From Fistulifera solaris (taxonomy: Eukaryota): a stretch of DNA of 64,000 nucleotides. Shown one piece after another: positions 1 to 11,902 of the stretch (positions are counted from its first letter, which is position 1; each line of letters begins with the position of its first letter). The notes beneath the pieces are model-generated. The model was not told the origin of the DNA and ran no database searches. It saw nothing but the letters and a program-made list of their open reading frames with translations. A program made the position numbers and the translations under genes. Where the stretch lies: positions 1,674,001 through 1,738,000 of the forward strand of contig AP026123.1 of NCBI GenBank assembly GCA_030295235.1, written 5' to 3'.

Positions 1-2646
1 CAGAGGAATTGTGCTGCATCGATTCAAGTTTTCCGAGCGCGTCCGGCACATGGCGTTTAGTCCAGCCAGCTCGTCTTATCTTGCCGTCACGCACGGCAAA
101 CATGTTCAGGTTTGGTGTACCCCTCGCATGCAAAAGGAGTTGACTCCTTTAGTGCTTCATCGCACGTACACGGGTCTGGGAGACGATGTTACCTGCTTGG
201 CTTGGTCACCTGATGAGTCTGTTCTCGCCGCCGGAAGTCGCGATTGTTCTATTCGCATCTGGACGCTGCATTCTACTTTGAATTACGAGCCGGTCACACT
301 AGCGGGACACAAGAGGGCCATCGTCGGACTGTATCTGCTGGCTTCTGGTGACCGAGTCCGCACATGCTATTCCGTCAGCGAAGACGGTGCGCTTGTTACT
401 TGGGAGTGCGAATACAATGATGATGAATCAATTCAAGTTGAAGACATGGATACGACGGATGACTACGATGCTGTCGGCTTCTTCACGGGAGGCACTGCTC
501 CCGCTCCTGAAGAATCCAAGAACACGTCTTCTTTTACAAACGCCGAACATCTTGTCAAGGGAACTTGGAAAGTGAAGAATCGACATTACTTCAATCAAGA
601 CAATGCCATCGTATCTACAGTTTCCTATTCGGAGCGTGGTCAGATATTGGCAGTTGGCTTCTCTTCTGGACTGTTCGGGCTTTACGAAATGCCTTCCGCT
701 GCGAATCTACACACCTTGTCGATCGGCTCCAATCAGCTCATTCGGGCATCTGCTCTGAATTACTCTGGTGAATGGTTAGCACTCGCGTGTCCCAAGTCAC
801 AGCAGTTACTGGTATGGGAATGGCGATCAGAAACGTACGTGCTGAAGCAAAGAGGTCATGCTTACGGAATGCGTTGCATGGCGTACTCTCCTGATGGAGT
901 GATTCTTTGCACTGGAGGAGAAGATGGAAAGATCAAGCTGTGGAATGCAACATCGGGATTCTGTTACGTCACCCTCGAACAAAATCATACTGCACCTGTG
1001 ACAGCTGTCGCTTTTGCGAAAGCAAGCGTCGTTCTTTCTGCGAGTTTGGACGGAACCGTCAGAGCCCACGATTTACATCGATATCGAACGTTTCGTACAC
1101 TGACGACGCCCACTCCTGTGCAGTTTCTCTCGCTGGCGATTGATCCGAGTGGAGAAATCGTCACTGCTGGTAGCACCGATCCTTTTCATATTTATGCTTG
1201 GAACCTACAGACTGGCAAGCTTTTGGATGTTTTTACTGGTCACACTGGTCCTGTTTGCAGCATGGCATTTCAGCCAAGCGGTGGGGTTCTTGTCAGCGCA
1301 TCTTGGGATGGTACAGTCAAATTGTGGGACTTGTACAAAAGGAACATTGCGACAGAAAGTCTTCAGCACACGGCAGACGTGGTTTGCGTCGCTTGTCGTC
1401 CCGACGGCAAAGAAATATGCTCAGGTACAACGGGTGGTATGCTATGCATCTGGGATGTAGAGACTGGGCGTCTAAAATACGAGATCGATGGACGCCGAGA
1501 TATTTCCGGTGGTCGAAAGATGAACGACCGCATGACGGCTGACAACAATGCCGCCGGTCGATATTTTACGTCCGTTTGCTACTCTGCGGATGGGTCTTTC
1601 ATACTAGCGGGTGGAAACTCAAAATATGTATGCATTTATGAGCTTTCTCAGCAAATTTTGCTCAAAAAGTTTCAAGTTACATTCAATCGAAGCTTGGACG
1701 GGGTTCTTGACGAGGTACGTTCCGTTTTGCATTTTGACATTGGTAGGCAGTGAGGGTCGGCAAAAGAGATCGCCATGATGATGAACTTCCCATAAACGTT
1801 CGCAGATTGCGTCGACGGTAGAGACACCAGTGGGTCAAAATAACTTCCTTGGATGTCTGAGCGATTTCTTCGACCGGAAACTTTTTATTTGTGTCAATTA
1901 TAATCGCCGTTTTTCTCACGCGCTTCTCGTTTGTTTCCTGCAGCTGAATTCTAAGAATTTAGGCCCTGCGGGTCCAATTGATGATCACGCAGATCCTGAC
2001 CAAGACGAAACTACCTACAACGCACTGAACCTACCAGGAGCCCGGCGCGAAGACGATGGATCAAGACGTTCCAAAGTGGAGGTTCTTACAATGGCCGTCT
2101 CTTTTCATCTACCGGAAGGGAGTGGGCTACTGTTTCGGGAGAAGGGTTGCACGTGTACTCGTTGGACGAAGACATGATCTTTGACCCAATCGGCCTCACC
2201 GAAGAAACCACCCCAGCACTTGTACAAACCAAAGTGAAGATTGGAGAGTTTAGTCTGGCTTTGCGTATGGCGTTGCACCTGAATGAATCTAGTCTGATCC
2301 GCGAAGTGATGGATCATGTCCCCTTGACGCCATTCCCTTGGTCGTTCGCTCGTTCGAACGCGCCGAGCCGAGCACACTGGAACGCCTCTTGCAGAATCTC
2401 GCGCAAACCATGGCCAAGTCACCCCATATTGAATACTATCTCCGATGGAGTTTGGAAATGCTACAAACCCATGGCTTGTACATGGAACGTCATCGTGGGA
2501 TCTTTATGCGATCCTTTCGTGCTCTTCACAAGTCCATCCAAATGCGATACGACGACTTGATTCGCGTCAGCGATGGTAACCAGTACATGCTCGAATTTCT
2601 TTTTGATCATGGAATGATGGCGAGGGATGCTGTCGAGATTCAATGA
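1..2646 (+). CDS. PWP2: Periodic tryptophan protein 2 (UTP1), WD40 SSU-processome subunit; 5' truncated
   Basis: WD40 repeats; QQLLVWEWRSETYVLKQRGH and LAGGNSKYVCIY motifs; C-terminal SPHIEYYLRW. Intron 1715-1943 (GTACGT..CCTGCAG) joins DE|LNSKN in frame; indels near 2103 and 2322. Confidence 0.95.
1770..1864 (+). ncRNA. U14: Box C/D snoRNA U14 (SNORD14/snR128 family), intronic
   Basis: Box C ATGATGA 1775-1781; domain A CGTTCGCAG 1797-1805; domain B TTCCTTGGATGT 1845-1856 abutting box D CTGA 1857-1860; terminal stem GAGATCGC/GCGATTTC. Confidence 0.92.
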
Positions 2647-3262
2647 TTTGTTTAACTAGCCATTGTTTATTGTATTATTACAAAGTGAATGTCTGTACCT
2701 GGTACCGGTAGTTTTGGTCACCGTTAGGTGAGTGCGGAGGAGGGCGAGAAAAGAGTTCCTAAATACTCGACTAGATAGGCAAAAATTTTTCTTCTTAGAT
2801 TATAGTAACAAGGCAATACGGTACTGAACTGTTATTTGCAGAAATACATATACTTTCGCTGTATCGTTTTAGAACGTGACTTTTGATTTTTGAACTGAGT
2901 CACGTGCGCGGGCCGCGATAACGTTACATAGAGTGATACTCCACTTTCCGAATAAATAACCAACCAACGGAAGCCTCAGATAGCAGTGCTAAGGTTTACA
3001 GTACAGGCTTTACTCACAGTTTAGTCGACCAAGAAAGAATGGAGAGTTCTGTAGTGTAAACAGTACCCAGCAACGCGCCCAATAATTTTGACAAGACTTG
3101 TCTTGGACGAAGCAGGCGAACAACACGCCACTGGTTATTTTGCAACGTCCACAAATTTCTGTGTTTATGCCATCCTTTTTCTTCTTCTTTCTCACCTCCT
3201 CCTAGCCTGCTCATTCACTTCTCTCGTTATTACGCTAAGCAGTAGAAAAGAAAAGTTGAAAA

Positions 3263-4460
3263 ATGGCGGGTAAAGTTGTGATCGAGACCGACAACGTAGG
3301 AACAACCGAAAGGTATCATGACGAATCAACAGCGAAAAGTGACGACCTAGAAAGTCAAGTATTTCTTCCCAAACCGAATAGTCGTGTTTCACGGAGACCT
3401 ACAGCGGCTACAGTCGATGCGGCGTTGTCGGATTCGGATTCGTCACTGGAAGAGATCCCCACAAAAGAATTCAGCGCAGCACCAAGTGCCCCGATTACTG
3501 TTCGGCGCCGCTGGGATTTACTCCGCTTATCTGTATTATGGGCATATTCAAGAAGATTTATTCAAGTATCGATCCACCGACAGCACTTCCTTTCAATCTG
3601 TATGGCTCTTGCAGTCGCTGGAATGTTTTGCTAATATCTTTGTCGGCCTCGTTGGTCGACGTATCTTCGGTGGCCGCGCAAATCTCTCGTTACGACCCTT
3701 CATCGCCACGGGCTGCTCTCAAGTCTTCGCAAAAGCCTTCACATCACTGGCTCTGGCAGCTGGTTTGAGTTTTCCCGTTTGTATTTTAGCGAAATCAGCA
3801 AAAATTGTTCTCGTTATGCTGGGTCAGCTCTTGTTGGGCGGTTCGAAATACGGGCTCCGAGATCTGCTATTTGTTCTATTAATTGTGTGCGGAACCGCTC
3901 TGCTGTCCGCCGGTTCTTCTCAAAAGCACAAAGACGAGACTGACACACCCGCTGGTCTCTGTTTCATCCTGATATCGTTGGTGATGGACGGCATTACAGC
4001 TGGCTTCCAGAAGCGTCTCAAGCAAACATATCGGGCTACACCTCCATCGACGTATGATTTCTTGCTGTACACCAATCTTGCCATGTGCGTTGTGGCTTTG
4101 AGTATATCCGTTGTAACGCAAGATCTGATCACTGGTCTGCTTTTTCTAGGAGAAAATCCAGTGGTGGCTGGAATGATCTGGAAGGTCTGTTTGTGTTCAG
4201 CTATCGGGCAGTCCTTCATCTTTTTCGTCGTGGCCACGTTCGATCCGATGGTATGTTCGACCATAACGACAACTCGCAAAATGCTTTCGGTTCTGTGGAG
4301 CGTGATATCAAAAGGTCATGTACTCTCGAATCAGGGATCCGTTGGATTGGCCCTGGCGATGAGCGGACTAGTGCTCGAAGTGCAAGGAAAGTTCACGAAA
4401 CTGAGTAAAGAATGCGAGAAGCAAGCAAAAATTTGTGTTAAGAACGCGAGTACAAAATAG
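3263..4460 (+). CDS. UAA-family nucleotide-sugar transporter (SLC35B1/HUT1-like)
   Basis: YLYYGHIQE, LAKSAK, SLVMDG, IGQSFIF and STITTTRK motifs; multiple TM helices; frame change near 3480. Confidence 0.88.
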
Positions 4461-4637
4461 CTTGCCATCAATACATAATGTGTTGTGCCCAACGACTTGG
4501 TGCAATCGAACTCGAAGTCAAAGAAGAGTGGAACACAAGTTTCAAGTTTGATTCGTTAAAAGATTAGAAGAAAATCTTAAACCAGGGAGTTCATTTCGCA
4601 AGTACAATTTGCTGTGGTGGTACGCTCTTCATTGTTG

Positions 4638-7150
4638 TTATTTTTCAATCCCAAATTGTCGGTTCATTTGAGTGCGCAATTGGCCGGAGCGCAGAAGCCC
4701 CTCCCGTCGATTGGAGTTAGCCCATGCGTCGATCGCCACATGATATGTGTGCACATCAGGCCCAGCAGGTAAACGACCAAGCTTATGGAAAGTGATCATT
4801 TCGTTCAACAGCTTTTCAGAACGTTCGGGGTTGTTTTTCTTCGCCATCGCTTCGATAACGCGAGTATACGCGATTGCTCCAGGACGGATATGAGCGAATG
4901 CAGGCTGTTGTCCTAAAGTCCACATCATTTGTAGAAGCTTTTCTGCTCTCATTTCATCGACGGCGTGGTGATTGCCATAAAAGCCCGACCAACTGCTGAT
5001 AATCGTTTCGAAGTTTTTCGCGTCAGGGCGGGCGGCCTTGTTTCCGTTCCGATGGTCATATTCCATTTTCTTAAGTAAGCATTCGGCTCGATGAGGCATA
5101 CCTTCTTTTGCTAATGCACTTATGCAAGTCGTATACTTGATGGTATCCAGATTAGCAGCCTTATCTCCGTGTCGATAGCGTTCCTCCATCCAATAAAGAC
5201 AATTTACAGCATGATCAATCCCGCCTTGGCCTCTCGACACCCTAGATTGGATACCCAGCAGTTAGAACAAAATTGATTTACAAGTCGTGGCAACCAATCA
5301 ACAAACTTACCAATTTTTCAACAAGAGACTGTATGTGTACTCATCAGGCTTTACATAAAGTGTTCCTTCGTCTTGAAACTGGATGAGGCGTTCCACGACC
5401 AGCTGGGCTCGACGAGCTGATTCGGGGTCGTTGGATTTCGCCCACATTGCTATCACTGTGTTGAAATTCCGAGTGTGTGGCTTTGCTTTCTTGTTTCCTT
5501 CTTTGTAATCCGAAACCATTTCCCAAAGCAATTGCTCAGCACGTTCATGGGTAGATGGATTCTTCGTGAAGATATTCAACAGGTTGGAATAGGCGATGGC
5601 ATCCACTTGCAACACCTTCGCGTCCTGCTTCATTTTCATGTACTGACGCTCTGCGACTTCGGAGGCGTCGGCGCAATCGGATTCAGCTAAGCAGTGGAAG
5701 AGCACAGTATAAGCGTACGCATCTGGCTTGCACTCAGGGGCGACACCGGTGTCGCTAAGCCGATGCATCTCTTCAAGAAGATTTTCGCATCTTTCATGCG
5801 CGTCGAGAGACTTGGACTTGCGCCATGCATGTAAAACATTAGTGTATACACGCACATTGGGCTTCGCAAGCGTGTTGTGGTAGTTGAAGTAGTCCTGAAA
5901 CATGAGAGATAGTACATTTTCAGCGGCCGCGGCGTATCCCAGCTGTGCGTATCCATGGATGACCGCGTTGAAACATGCACCATTTGGGCGAAGAGTGCCA
6001 ATGCAGTCAAGATATTGCTGAATTGTACCCCGCAGAATACTGTGAGCTTGATCTGGAGACTCCGAATCGTGTGCAATGCTTTTGAGCATACGACAATAAG
6101 CCGGGAGCTTCATGTCCGCTATTTTCTGCCCCTGGTACACGGTATCTGAGAGATCGGCGTGCGTCGAAGTTTTAGATTCTTCTAGATCTTCGTCAAAGTT
6201 GAGATCGAACTGACTGAGTAACTTCACGCTGCTAAAGACACCCTCCGGGCAAAAGACGTCCGCTAGCGAGACGCTTTTAATGGAGTCAGGACTATGCGAC
6301 TCTTGCTTACGATCCCCAATAGCGCCGAACGAGTAAATGCTGGAAAACGGATCACAGAATGGTAGTGCCGTAGAATCCTTACTAAGAAGAACTTCAAGCA
6401 ATTGTACTGATGCTGGTGCTCGTGGCTTTTCTTCGTCTTCAAGCTCTTGTGCCGATGCAGGCGCTGGTGGATCATCTTTGTCTTTCTCGTCATCGCTTCG
6501 CTTTACGCGTTCTTCCGGTTTTGGAAGCGAACCCAAGCCATCAAATTCTGCGTCAAAACGTGAGGGTCTTTTTTCTGACACGCCTTGAACGTCGTAGCTG
6601 TGTTGTAGGCGTTGAAAGAGCAATCGCTTCTTTGTTTCTCTCGTCGTGGACGAGACCCTCAGTCGCGTCGTCCGATCCAACACCCAAAGCGGCAAAAGAG
6701 CCATCTGTGATTTGTTTGCTTTTGTTCGTAGAGAAACTCGACGTGTCGTATATAGTCGGTTTCGGATGTTTCAAGTCGAGAAAGGGTATGTTTTCCTTCT
6801 GCGTTTCAGTTAGGATCCCCTTTTTGTTCGGTCGCCTTTAAGCGACGGTGAGAGCGAAATTTTAGCCGAGGCGACGGCGAAGTTCTTTCCATTCTCGTGA
6901 AGCAATAAGCATGAAGTGAGTGAATCTTCTTTCAGAGCAGAGGATGGGGATCCTCGGTTTTCATCATGTAATCGCTTCCCACTGGGCCGAGAACAATTTT
7001 CTTTGTCATCCTCACGAGGATCCAGGTCTCGGTTCATCTTTACGAGCGCTGTCTGACAAGACTCTCCGACAATCTCGTTATGCAAAGAGTTTGCTGTGGT
7101 TTCTTTCATTGGATTCATCAAAGATCTCTCGCAATGGACGTTTCCAGCAT
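4638..7150 (-). CDS. Pentatricopeptide repeat protein with long low-complexity N-terminus
   Basis: PPR motifs (PNGACFNAVIHGYA, PNVRVYTNVLHAW, PDEYTYSLLL); intron 5242-5310; start uncertain because the N-terminal part is frameshifted. Confidence 0.8.
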
Positions 7151-7541
7151 GACAGGGAAAGAATGGAACAAGAGACGCGATGCACGAAAGTGTCGATCCG
7201 ATATCTGTTGTTCCTCTTATGTGTTCGCGTGTCCGTCACTGAACTCAGTCACGCACAGTGCATAAAACAACATTCTAGTTCACTGTCAACAATTTTACCG
7301 TTAAGGTGCTACATTGTTTCTACTATAAATAAATCTTACCGGTATTTCACTTAGAGCAATTTCAGAAAGTCATACGAACGAGGAAGAGGTTCGTCCTTCC
7401 ATCGTCCGCTGTGACTTGACTGTAAGATAAAGAGTAGTAGCGAGGTCATCGTGAACGATCCTCTCAACCGATCTTCATCACGCACGGAGTGCCGCCGCAG
7501 CAAAACGCTGTTGTTGCGAAAGCACAGCATAAAACCAAAAG

Positions 7542-10511
7542 ATGGGCGACATGGGTGAAAACGGAGTGAGCAGCATGCTCAAGGAAGTCCAAGAGCTCGC
7601 GGAAAAGTTCAAAGTAGAAGAGGATGAGCAATACATTAGCCCGTACGCGCATTTGGAAAAGGCGCAAGGTAGGTCTTGGCATTGCAGCAATGGTGCCGTT
7701 GTGACCCGGCTGCTCTCATTGGAGGATAATGAAATAGTGTTGAGCGTTTGCTATCCGTTCTATTCGTATCTCACATTGCTCGCTTCTCTTTAATGTAGTT
7801 TTGCAAGAAGCAAGAATTTTTCATGACGGAAACGCTGTCAGAGAAAATCCTCGCAAATGCTGCACTGTGATTGCGCAGCTTTTGCATTTGCAAAACACCG
7901 GCCAGTATCTCTCGGGAACGGAAGCAACGGAGGTGTTTTTCGGGGTTACAAAGCTTTTCATGAGCGACGATGCATCCTTGCGCCGGATGGTGTATTTGTT
8001 TATCAAGGATGTTGCGGAGACTTGTAACCCTGATGATGTCATCATTGTGACCTCGTGTCTCACAAAAGACATGACTTGCGATGTTGACCTTTATCGAGGT
8101 AACGCACTCCGCGTCTTGGTTCGAATTGTTGATGCCGCCATGCTGGGTGCGATTGAGCGTTATGTGAAGCAAGCCGTTGTGGATTCCTCCGGACAAGTGT
8201 CCAGTTCTGCTCTAGTTTCAGCAACTCATCTTTTTATGAAGTCGCCCGAGTGTGCTGCGCTAGTGAAGCGATGGATTAGCGAGACTACAGAAGCGACGCA
8301 GAGCCCCAACGAGATGGTGCAGTTCCACGCGATGCAGCTACTTTACCAGATCAAAAGCAATGACCGACTTGGGGTGTCAAAGCTTGTTACTCAATATAGT
8401 CAGCGAAACTCTCTTCGTTCGCCACTTGCCTTGGTACTCCTCGTACGTTACACCACCAAGCTTCTTCATGACGAAGTCGCTGATGGACGTCATTCAGGAT
8501 CCTATCAAGAAGCTACCTCTCCTGTTATCAAGTCTGGTTATGCGTTCTTGGAAGCCAGCTTACGACACAAGTCAGAACTCGTGGTCTACGAAGCAGCTCG
8601 AGCTTTGTGCAACCTTCCCGCGGCCGAGCCCCAAGACTTGAATCCTGCTATTTCGGTCTTGCAACTATTCTTAAGCTCCCCTAAACCAGCTGTTCGTTTC
8701 GCGTCGATCCGGACTTTGGCCGCTGTTGCCAATACGCATCCCCGCGTTGTGTCTAAGTGCAACGAAGATCTTGAGGGCCTGATTGGCGACTCGAATCGCT
8801 CGATTGCGACTTTGGCCATCACGACTCTCCTAAAAACGGGAAGTGAAAACTCAATTGATCGACTGCTGAAACAAATCTCGGCGTTTCTCACCGAAATCGC
8901 TGACGAGTACAAGATTACGGTCGTGCGTAGTTTGCAGAAGCTCTGTCTTACATACCCGGCAAAGCACCGCGTGCTGGTTGGATTCTTGTCTAACTTTTTG
9001 CGCGAAGAAGGCGGATTCGACTTCAAGCGCTCAATTGTTAACTCAATCATCTCACTCATTCGCGCCGTACCCGAGTCGACTGAATCTTCGTTGCTTCATT
9101 TGTGCGAGTTCATCGAAGACTGCGAATTCACGATGCTGTCGACCAGAATTTTGAATTTGCTAGGAGAACTTGGTCCCACCACGTCTGCTCCGGCCCGGTA
9201 CATTCGTTTTATTTACAACCGTGTAATTCTCGAGAATTCGGCGGTGCGTGCCGCAGCTGTGTCCGCCCTCGCGAGATTCGCAGCAGCTTGCCCTTCTCTA
9301 AGAACATCCATCATGACATTATTGAAACGGTCACTTGTCGATGAAGACGATGAAACTCGGGATCGTGCCGCCTTGGCTGTGTCCATCCTTGAAGATGCTA
9401 TTGAAAAGTTTCCTTATGTAGCGCCAGCGGAGAGGACGCGGAAGGGGGAGAAATCCCTCCAGATAACCCTGCCGACGATGACACGGCCGCCTTTGTAGTG
9501 CTTGAATCTCTACCGATAAGCTTCGATAAGCTGGAGAGAAGTATGAAGGTTTACATGGCAGCCCCCGATACAATGAACAACCCCGAGCCGATCGTTATTT
9601 CCGCGCTGCCAGTTGTCGAAGATGGACCTGCCACATCGGCCGCAACGACAGAGACAGATGATTTGGATATTGCTGCTACTGTCAGTGTAGAAGAAACTGT
9701 GAAAGAAGTTGTTGATCCGGCCGCCGCTGTCTATGCGATTCCAGAGCTTGCGCATCTTGGTCGAGCCTTTCGGTCGTCTCTTCCTGTTCCGCTCACCGAA
9801 AGCGAGACCGAGTATGTTGTTCAATGTATCAAGCACGTTTTCCAGCAACATATCGTCTTGCAATTCACTGTACAGAACACAATTGAGGACCAGCGGTTGG
9901 ATAACGTGACACTTTTAGTCGACGACAGTGACTCAGAAATCTTCAGCGCTTCCGGTGAAATTGCATGTTCTGGTATCAAGTACGGAGAGACGAAAAGTTG
10001 CTTTACCGTTTTGGAACGCAACACAGAAATGCCTCTCTCTCCAAGTTCCTTCACTTGTGAGTTGCGCTTCACAGTCTGTATGGTAGACCCTGCGAGTGGT
10101 GAGGAACTGGGAGACTCTTTTGAGGAAGAGTACCCCGTGGAGGATTTGGAGATCTCGACATCTGATTTTATGGCGAAAGTAGCGGTGCCGGATTTCAAGA
10201 AAGCATGGGACGCTGTAGGAAACGACAACGAAGTTTTGAACAAGTTCGCTTTACAGTTCAAGAAAATGGAAGACGCCGTGGCCGCTGTTCTTGACTTTTT
10301 GGGCATGCAAACATGCGACGGCACCGGTGCAGTCAAACCAGGAGGAAAGCCGCACATGCTTCATTTGTCTGGTGTTTTCGTTACGGGACAACAGGTGCTT
10401 GCCAGGGCGCAGATCGCCATGCAAGGTGAAAACGGCGGTGTGGTGCTCAAGATTGCGGTTCGCAGTGATGATGCCGAAGTCTCGCAATTGGTCTCCGACT
10501 GCATTCGATAA
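7542..10511 (+). CDS. COPG: Coatomer subunit gamma
   Basis: LEKAQVLQEARIF after splicing intron 7669-7798; LCEFIEDCEF, YIRFIYNRVILEN and LTESETEYVV; indel near 9430. Confidence 0.96.
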
Positions 10512-10702
10512 AAAAACATCTTTTCTTTCGCCTTTCCTTACAATAAAGTACTCTAAAATTTCCCGTTGAATCTTACGAACATACATTGTGGTGAGGCGTT
10601 GTTACAACAATTAGAAGTAGTGCAGTTCACGAATCCTATAGTATATAATATTACGTCTGCTCAAATGAAGACGCTGTTGCTAGTGATATAGAGCGCTCGC
10701 AG

Positions 10703-11564
10703 TTACTTGCTTTTCTTGCTTTCTCCGTTTTGCGTTTTTGTAGCAGCCAAATAGGTCGGAGCAAAGGTCGAATAGAGATTGTAAACAATGAAGTAGATAG
10801 CCATGACAACCTGTGCCTTCTTCTTTGCCTCAACAACTCCGTCGGAAAGACCCGTTCCAATGAAAAAATGGAGGCACGTTGCAGCAATCAGGGCCGACAA
10901 CATGGGTTGCGCTAGCCCAGTCTTTTCAATGGGACTCAAACCCTTGTTCAGAGGAAGAAAAGCTCCACCACAGCCCGAAACGGCACCGCAGAAAATGGGA
11001 CCAAAGACCGCCATACCACTGAAATCACTCGGAGCAATCGTAGCGGCGGCCGCCAAAGTCAACTTGGTAACAACGGCAGCTCGTTGGCATTCGTACAAGA
11101 CGATAAAAGCCGTTTTGAGGAGAGGCGACAGCAAGACGACGTCTCTCAAGATGGGGAAATACTGATGCAACAAGAACGACGCAAAGATCGCGATGGGATA
11201 AGCGTCCGTCGAAAGCGGCACGGGAATCGAGTTGATGAAAAGAGGAACAAGAATTCCTCCTCCGACGCACTGGAAAATCATCGAAACGAACTTGAACGAC
11301 AAGGCAGAGTCCTTCGGGAGAGTCGGGAAAAGTTTGACGCCTGAGATTGAAGAAAAGGTCGGCACATGAGGGCGATAGCTGTAAAAATCAGATAGAGCAG
11401 CCAAATTTGGGAATAGTCTTACCATGCAAGTATGTGTAACCAAACATTGCCATGTACCGAATTTGGTCGGTGTGCAAAAGCAAGAATTCCGCGAGACTAC
11501 CAGCAATCAACCAGCCAGTAGGATCTTCCGCAGCATCCTCGTCAGATCGCTTTTTGAACGCCAT
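10703..11564 (-). CDS. Multi-pass membrane protein, TRIC/TMEM38-like
   Basis: Twin glycine motifs VGGGIL and GCGGAF in a duplicated TM layout; probable exon 1 11564-11423 and short intron 11379-11422; one indel nearby. Confidence 0.6.
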
Positions 11565-11902
11565 TTTTCAATGTTTCACTGGTGAAATATGAATGAAACT
11601 CAAATGATTGCTTTTACTTTCTTTTGAGAAGAGGACCAATGGAGTGATTTCATGAAAACTCTTCCAAGTTCGCGATCTTTGCGCGTGTGACGTTTTTGAA
11701 AAACATGCGCCGCAACGCACACGATCAGTGACATCATTGTGACGTGGTCGTCTTCAACATGGACGATACTCACAGCAGTGTGACGTCCACAATCACATTC
11801 GGTGTACCATCCGGTATTTAAACTAAGCCGAACTTTTCCTACTTTGGACTTTGGACTGGACAAAAAGACGATTCTATGAAACCATTACTTTATGCATTTA
11901 GT

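Noticed and set aside
7669..7798. snoRNA in the 130 nt COPG intron
   Set aside because: No C/D boxes and no convincing H/ACA layout
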